DNA of 50,817 nucleotides, filler included, from Dirinaria sp. TL-2023a (Eukaryota), in the NCBI GenBank assembly GCA_051941275.1. It is 3 parts of 3 records of this genome, joined end to end, with 100 filler letters (N's around TTAATTAATTAA, not from the genome) between each part and the next. Parts side by side here need not be neighbours in the genome. Positions count along the whole stretch, not along the records: positions 33,965 to 50,817 come from JAVEBF010000470.1; 2 more parts are not named here. One strand, 5' to 3'. The notes below the pieces were generated by a model, which was not told the origin of the DNA, ran no database searches, and saw nothing but the letters and a program-made list of their open reading frames with translations. The position numbers were made by a program, and so were the translations under genes. Shown here piece by piece: positions 47,387 to 50,817 of the stretch. The number at the start of each line of letters is the position of its first letter. Position 1 is the stretch's first letter.

Positions 47387-48732
47387 CTACTGGACTCAAT
47401 CGTTGGATTTTCATCCTCATACATACTCCTGTATCGCGCTTACGCGCTGTGGAGGCCGCTTGGGATGAGCTACATAGCGGCTGAGCTTGAAGCGCCGGAG
47501 ATCTGATCGATAGAGCTCCAGATACGGGGAAAATCTACGGACGTAGCAGCTCAGAGCCCCAAGCCGAAGCGCATAAATGAAGCGGATAGAATCCTGTGCG
47601 GCAATTCGCTGCAGGTCGCAAAATGCCATCTTGAACCTAAAAAATTGAGCCAGAAATAAATGACTGCATCTCCGAACATTGTCTAGGCATGCATCAAGGT
47701 AAGTGCGCCTATTGCCGCTCTAGCACAGTCAAAGCTTCTGATATTGGCATTCTTGGCTTTGATTCAAGTGTGGCAAGAGCGAAGGATATTTCTAGGTTGA
47801 GATATGTGTGGTCTGAGAGGCCTTCCGGATGCTATGTCAACAAAGAAGTGAAACGGTAAGGAAGCTATAACGAAAAGCGACCTATGTCGTCGCTGCTCAA
47901 TGTAGGGTAAGCCTACTTGACTAGCTAAGGTACTTTCAAGTACCTTACTTTACTGTATGCTCTGGCTTGACCTGTCATGAGAACTCGAGGACGAGGTGCA
48001 AATTGTTTCTTTGCGGTTTAAAGATATGATATACATGCGCAGAATGTGCGTATCAATTGAAGGGATTCCACCGATCCTACGCGTATCGAAAAACGGTCAT
48101 GATTGTGAAAAGGAACCATCGCTACGTCAAGATTCAAGCCTTAGTCAATCGCTCTAAAGCTGAGCGATATCAAGTCCCGGAATAACGACGTGTACGACAC
48201 ACCTCAGTAATGACTAATTCAGTATTCATAATCAATGATCGACAAGTTTGGTAAAACAGAATACTGACATGCCAAGGATGTGCCGTTCGAGAGAGCTGCC
48301 TTGTTGTCCGTGATAGAATGGGCAAGCATGTGCCGAGGAAGAATCAGATTAATTCTTCCAATTCCTAACAATCCAGCTGGAGCTCCGGCAATGGCTAATG
48401 CATAGCAGATTATTTTGACATATATACGGAAGCTGTCGTGTGATAATATCCGGGAAAGAGCCCGTGGAGGGAACTTGAGAGGTTCAAAAGCACCGGGGAA
48501 ATTTGTTCTAGCTAAAATCTTGCCATTGCGGCTCACAGGCTATATTATAGAATCTTTATTGTAAATGGCATCTGCTTGTTTGGGAATTCTCGGACTCTGA
48601 AGGTCGAGCTTGCTGAGACATCCAAAGCATGCTTGTTCATTTATCAATTCATGGGCTGACAAGGCGGTGTCAAGCCGGTTAATTGCTAAAGCAGAATTCA
48701 CAAAAGAAAACTTCTGAAGTTCGACGCACTGA

Positions 48733-49535
48733 CTAAAGGTTCTTCTTGGCTTCCTGCCCAATTGCACCACTGGCTCTTGCAAACGCTAGATTGATATTCG
48801 AGTGCGCCTCATATAGGATCCATAACGGGAACACCACCCACAGCATATTGAAGAAGAAAAGATAAACCCACAAATACATGAAATTACTGGTTTCCAGGTT
48901 CGTGTTACCAGACAGCCACTCCGGCGCGAAAGTCATATACCCTACCCACGTTACTGGTCAGCAAATTGTGCTGCTCTTGATGACAGGAAACCCATACCAC
49001 CATACAGCTCCATGGTTGCGAGCACGCTGCCCCAAAACCAGAAACGGCCCCTCTCACTCTCGCCTCTCCTGAGCAATTCGCAAACCCAGACCGTCAGCGG
49101 TCCTGCGCCCAACACAGTCAACAGCTCGATGCTGATAACCGTCAAGTCCGCCCCTCCCCACCGTTTATCCGCCTTCGCATACTCCTGCCACAGCTTCGCC
49201 ATTGGATTGCTTCCATACCGGCTTCCATACAGGCGATCAGCGTAGCCGAGGAAATAGCCCGTGGCGGGGATAGCCGCGGGGTGCGGATAATCAGAGGTAT
49301 GAGGGACGGTGGTGTAGGTGAAGAAGCAGTTGTAAACAAAGGAACCTTCGAGGCAAAAATGGACCAGAGCGTCGTACGCAAGCCAGATGAACAAGATGCG
49401 ATGTTTGATATCGGTGGTGGAGGGGAGCAGGCGAATTGACAGAAGGTAAGCGGATGCGAGGAGGGAGATGGTAGCGACTAGAGAGAGGATAGTCGTCTGG
49501 TCGATGACTAATGTGGTAGGAGAAGTTGTCTCCAT
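48733..49535 (-). CDS. Emopamil-binding protein-like (EBP/EXPERA domain) ER membrane protein; exons 49535-48998, 48941-48733
   Basis: WLAYDALVHFCLEGSF, LWQEYAKADKRW, IELLTV, MELYGG|YMTFAPEW, LWVYLFFFNMLWVVFP and a C-terminal KKNL ER-retrieval motif. Confidence 0.92.
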
Positions 49536-50817
49536 CGCTGCTGTTCGTGGGCAGCGTTCGTATGTAGATGGTGAAGCGGGTTCTCGATAACGGTTGGATA
49601 AGAAGTTGGGTTTTTTCTGCCAAGCCCCGGATTTAGGCGATGTGCATAGACGCGCGGGATCATGAAGAGTAAGACTGCAAACCAACGTCTCTCGACTCTA
49701 TGTATATTCGGTAGCGATACCATACCTCAATAGGACCCATTGACTTATGAGTAGCCCGTAGTCAGACAGTTCTCACTGAGTGTACGCTCCTGCCAAAAAA
49801 AATACCACGAGTACTGGTACTCCTGCCATATCATGCTCTTTTAACGAAGAAAGAACAAGAAGCGGACGGGCAAGACAGCTTACACAAATCCATGGATGCA
49901 AAAATAATCCTAATTGGCACGAGTAAATTTCCCCTATATCCATTTTATCAAGCCAATCGGTATTACCTGTTGAGCGCGCTTCCCCACTAGAATTGTTTAT
50001 CTATTCTATTTCTGCGATTGCACTCTCTAGGAATATCCTGATTTGTAATAGATGTGCTTTACATTTTACACCCACTTAAATTCAAAGCTAAAAAATTGCT
50101 GGAGAACTAGAATTGTATTGACTTGCATCTCATCTTCGATAAGGTAGGCAGCTCTTTACGGGAGCTGGTTCCCAAACTTCTTTTTCAGTCTCTCTTTCTC
50201 AGCACTCCATCCATCCAAAACCCACCCAATAACAAAATACCTCTTTTTATGCCATACATACATACATCCATAAGATTACATACATACCTCACCCCCTTAA
50301 AAAACCAAAAAAAAAAAGGTCATTACAAAAATCTGTTTCCGTCATATCCATACCTTAAGTATCGATCAATACTATTCTATTACGTATTAAGAGGATATAA
50401 AGATGTTCGGGAGTAAGTTCTGTTCTACTCTGTTTTTTTGTTCTGTGCAGTATGAAGGGATAAGGAAAGGGTGAAGAGAGGTAAGGGGTATAATTTATAT
50501 TAGTGCTGAGGGAAGGTTAAGGGGGGGGGTTTAACTGTATTCATTGGAGAGGGTGACTTACTTTTAAGTTACCGCTTGCTTTCTTTTATGAAGAAGGAAA
50601 AAGGAGAGGAGGCCTCTCTCCCCTCAAGCACAGAAACTTTTACAGTAAAAAGATTATATCTTCATCATGTTCAAAACAGCTACGCGTACAGCTAGCTAAT
50701 AAGAAAGAAGCATCTCTCTCCAAAGCCCCCTATCTCTCGTAAGCGTCTACAACCAGGGAGACTTTTCTCGTGAGAGAAGCTAGAATCAAACCCGCTCCCC
50801 CCCTCCCTTCTTTGTCT

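Noticed and set aside
40910..49535. hid1, p24 and EBP-like genes as a secretory-pathway cluster
   Set aside because: These are common housekeeping genes in mixed orientation, and nothing in the sequence indicates co-regulation beyond ordinary synteny.

Overview
Fungal (Pezizomycotina ascomycete) genomic DNA with intron-containing genes (GT-AG introns, CTRAC/CTAAY-type branch sites). It is not one continuous locus. Two identical artificial 100-bp spacers (44 N + TTAATTAATTAA + 44 N) join three segments of nearly equal, descending length (16,883, 16,881 and 16,853 bp), probably unrelated size-sorted contigs. Segment 1 has an F-box/LRR pseudogene, then a possible small metabolic cluster (DUF1989 protein, DUF1349 protein, pyranose-oxidase-like GMC oxidoreductase, amine-type MFS transporter, class-III aminotransferase), then about 4 kb of non-coding DNA. 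Segment 2 has about 5 kb of decayed coding DNA including a tandemly duplicated exon, then genes for a LEA protein, a PP28/HASP-like protein, an alpha/beta-hydrolase-NB-ARC (NLR-like) protein and an F-box protein. The splice signals of the NLR-like gene allow either a hydrolase-only or a full-length product. Segment 3 has mostly housekeeping genes (ICln/LOT5-like truncated at the edge, calcineurin A, HID1/Ecm30, p24 cargo receptor, EBP-like) plus three hypothetical genes. I saw no RNA genes, CRISPR arrays or recognisable intact transposons. Family calls come from motif recognition by eye, not from database searches.
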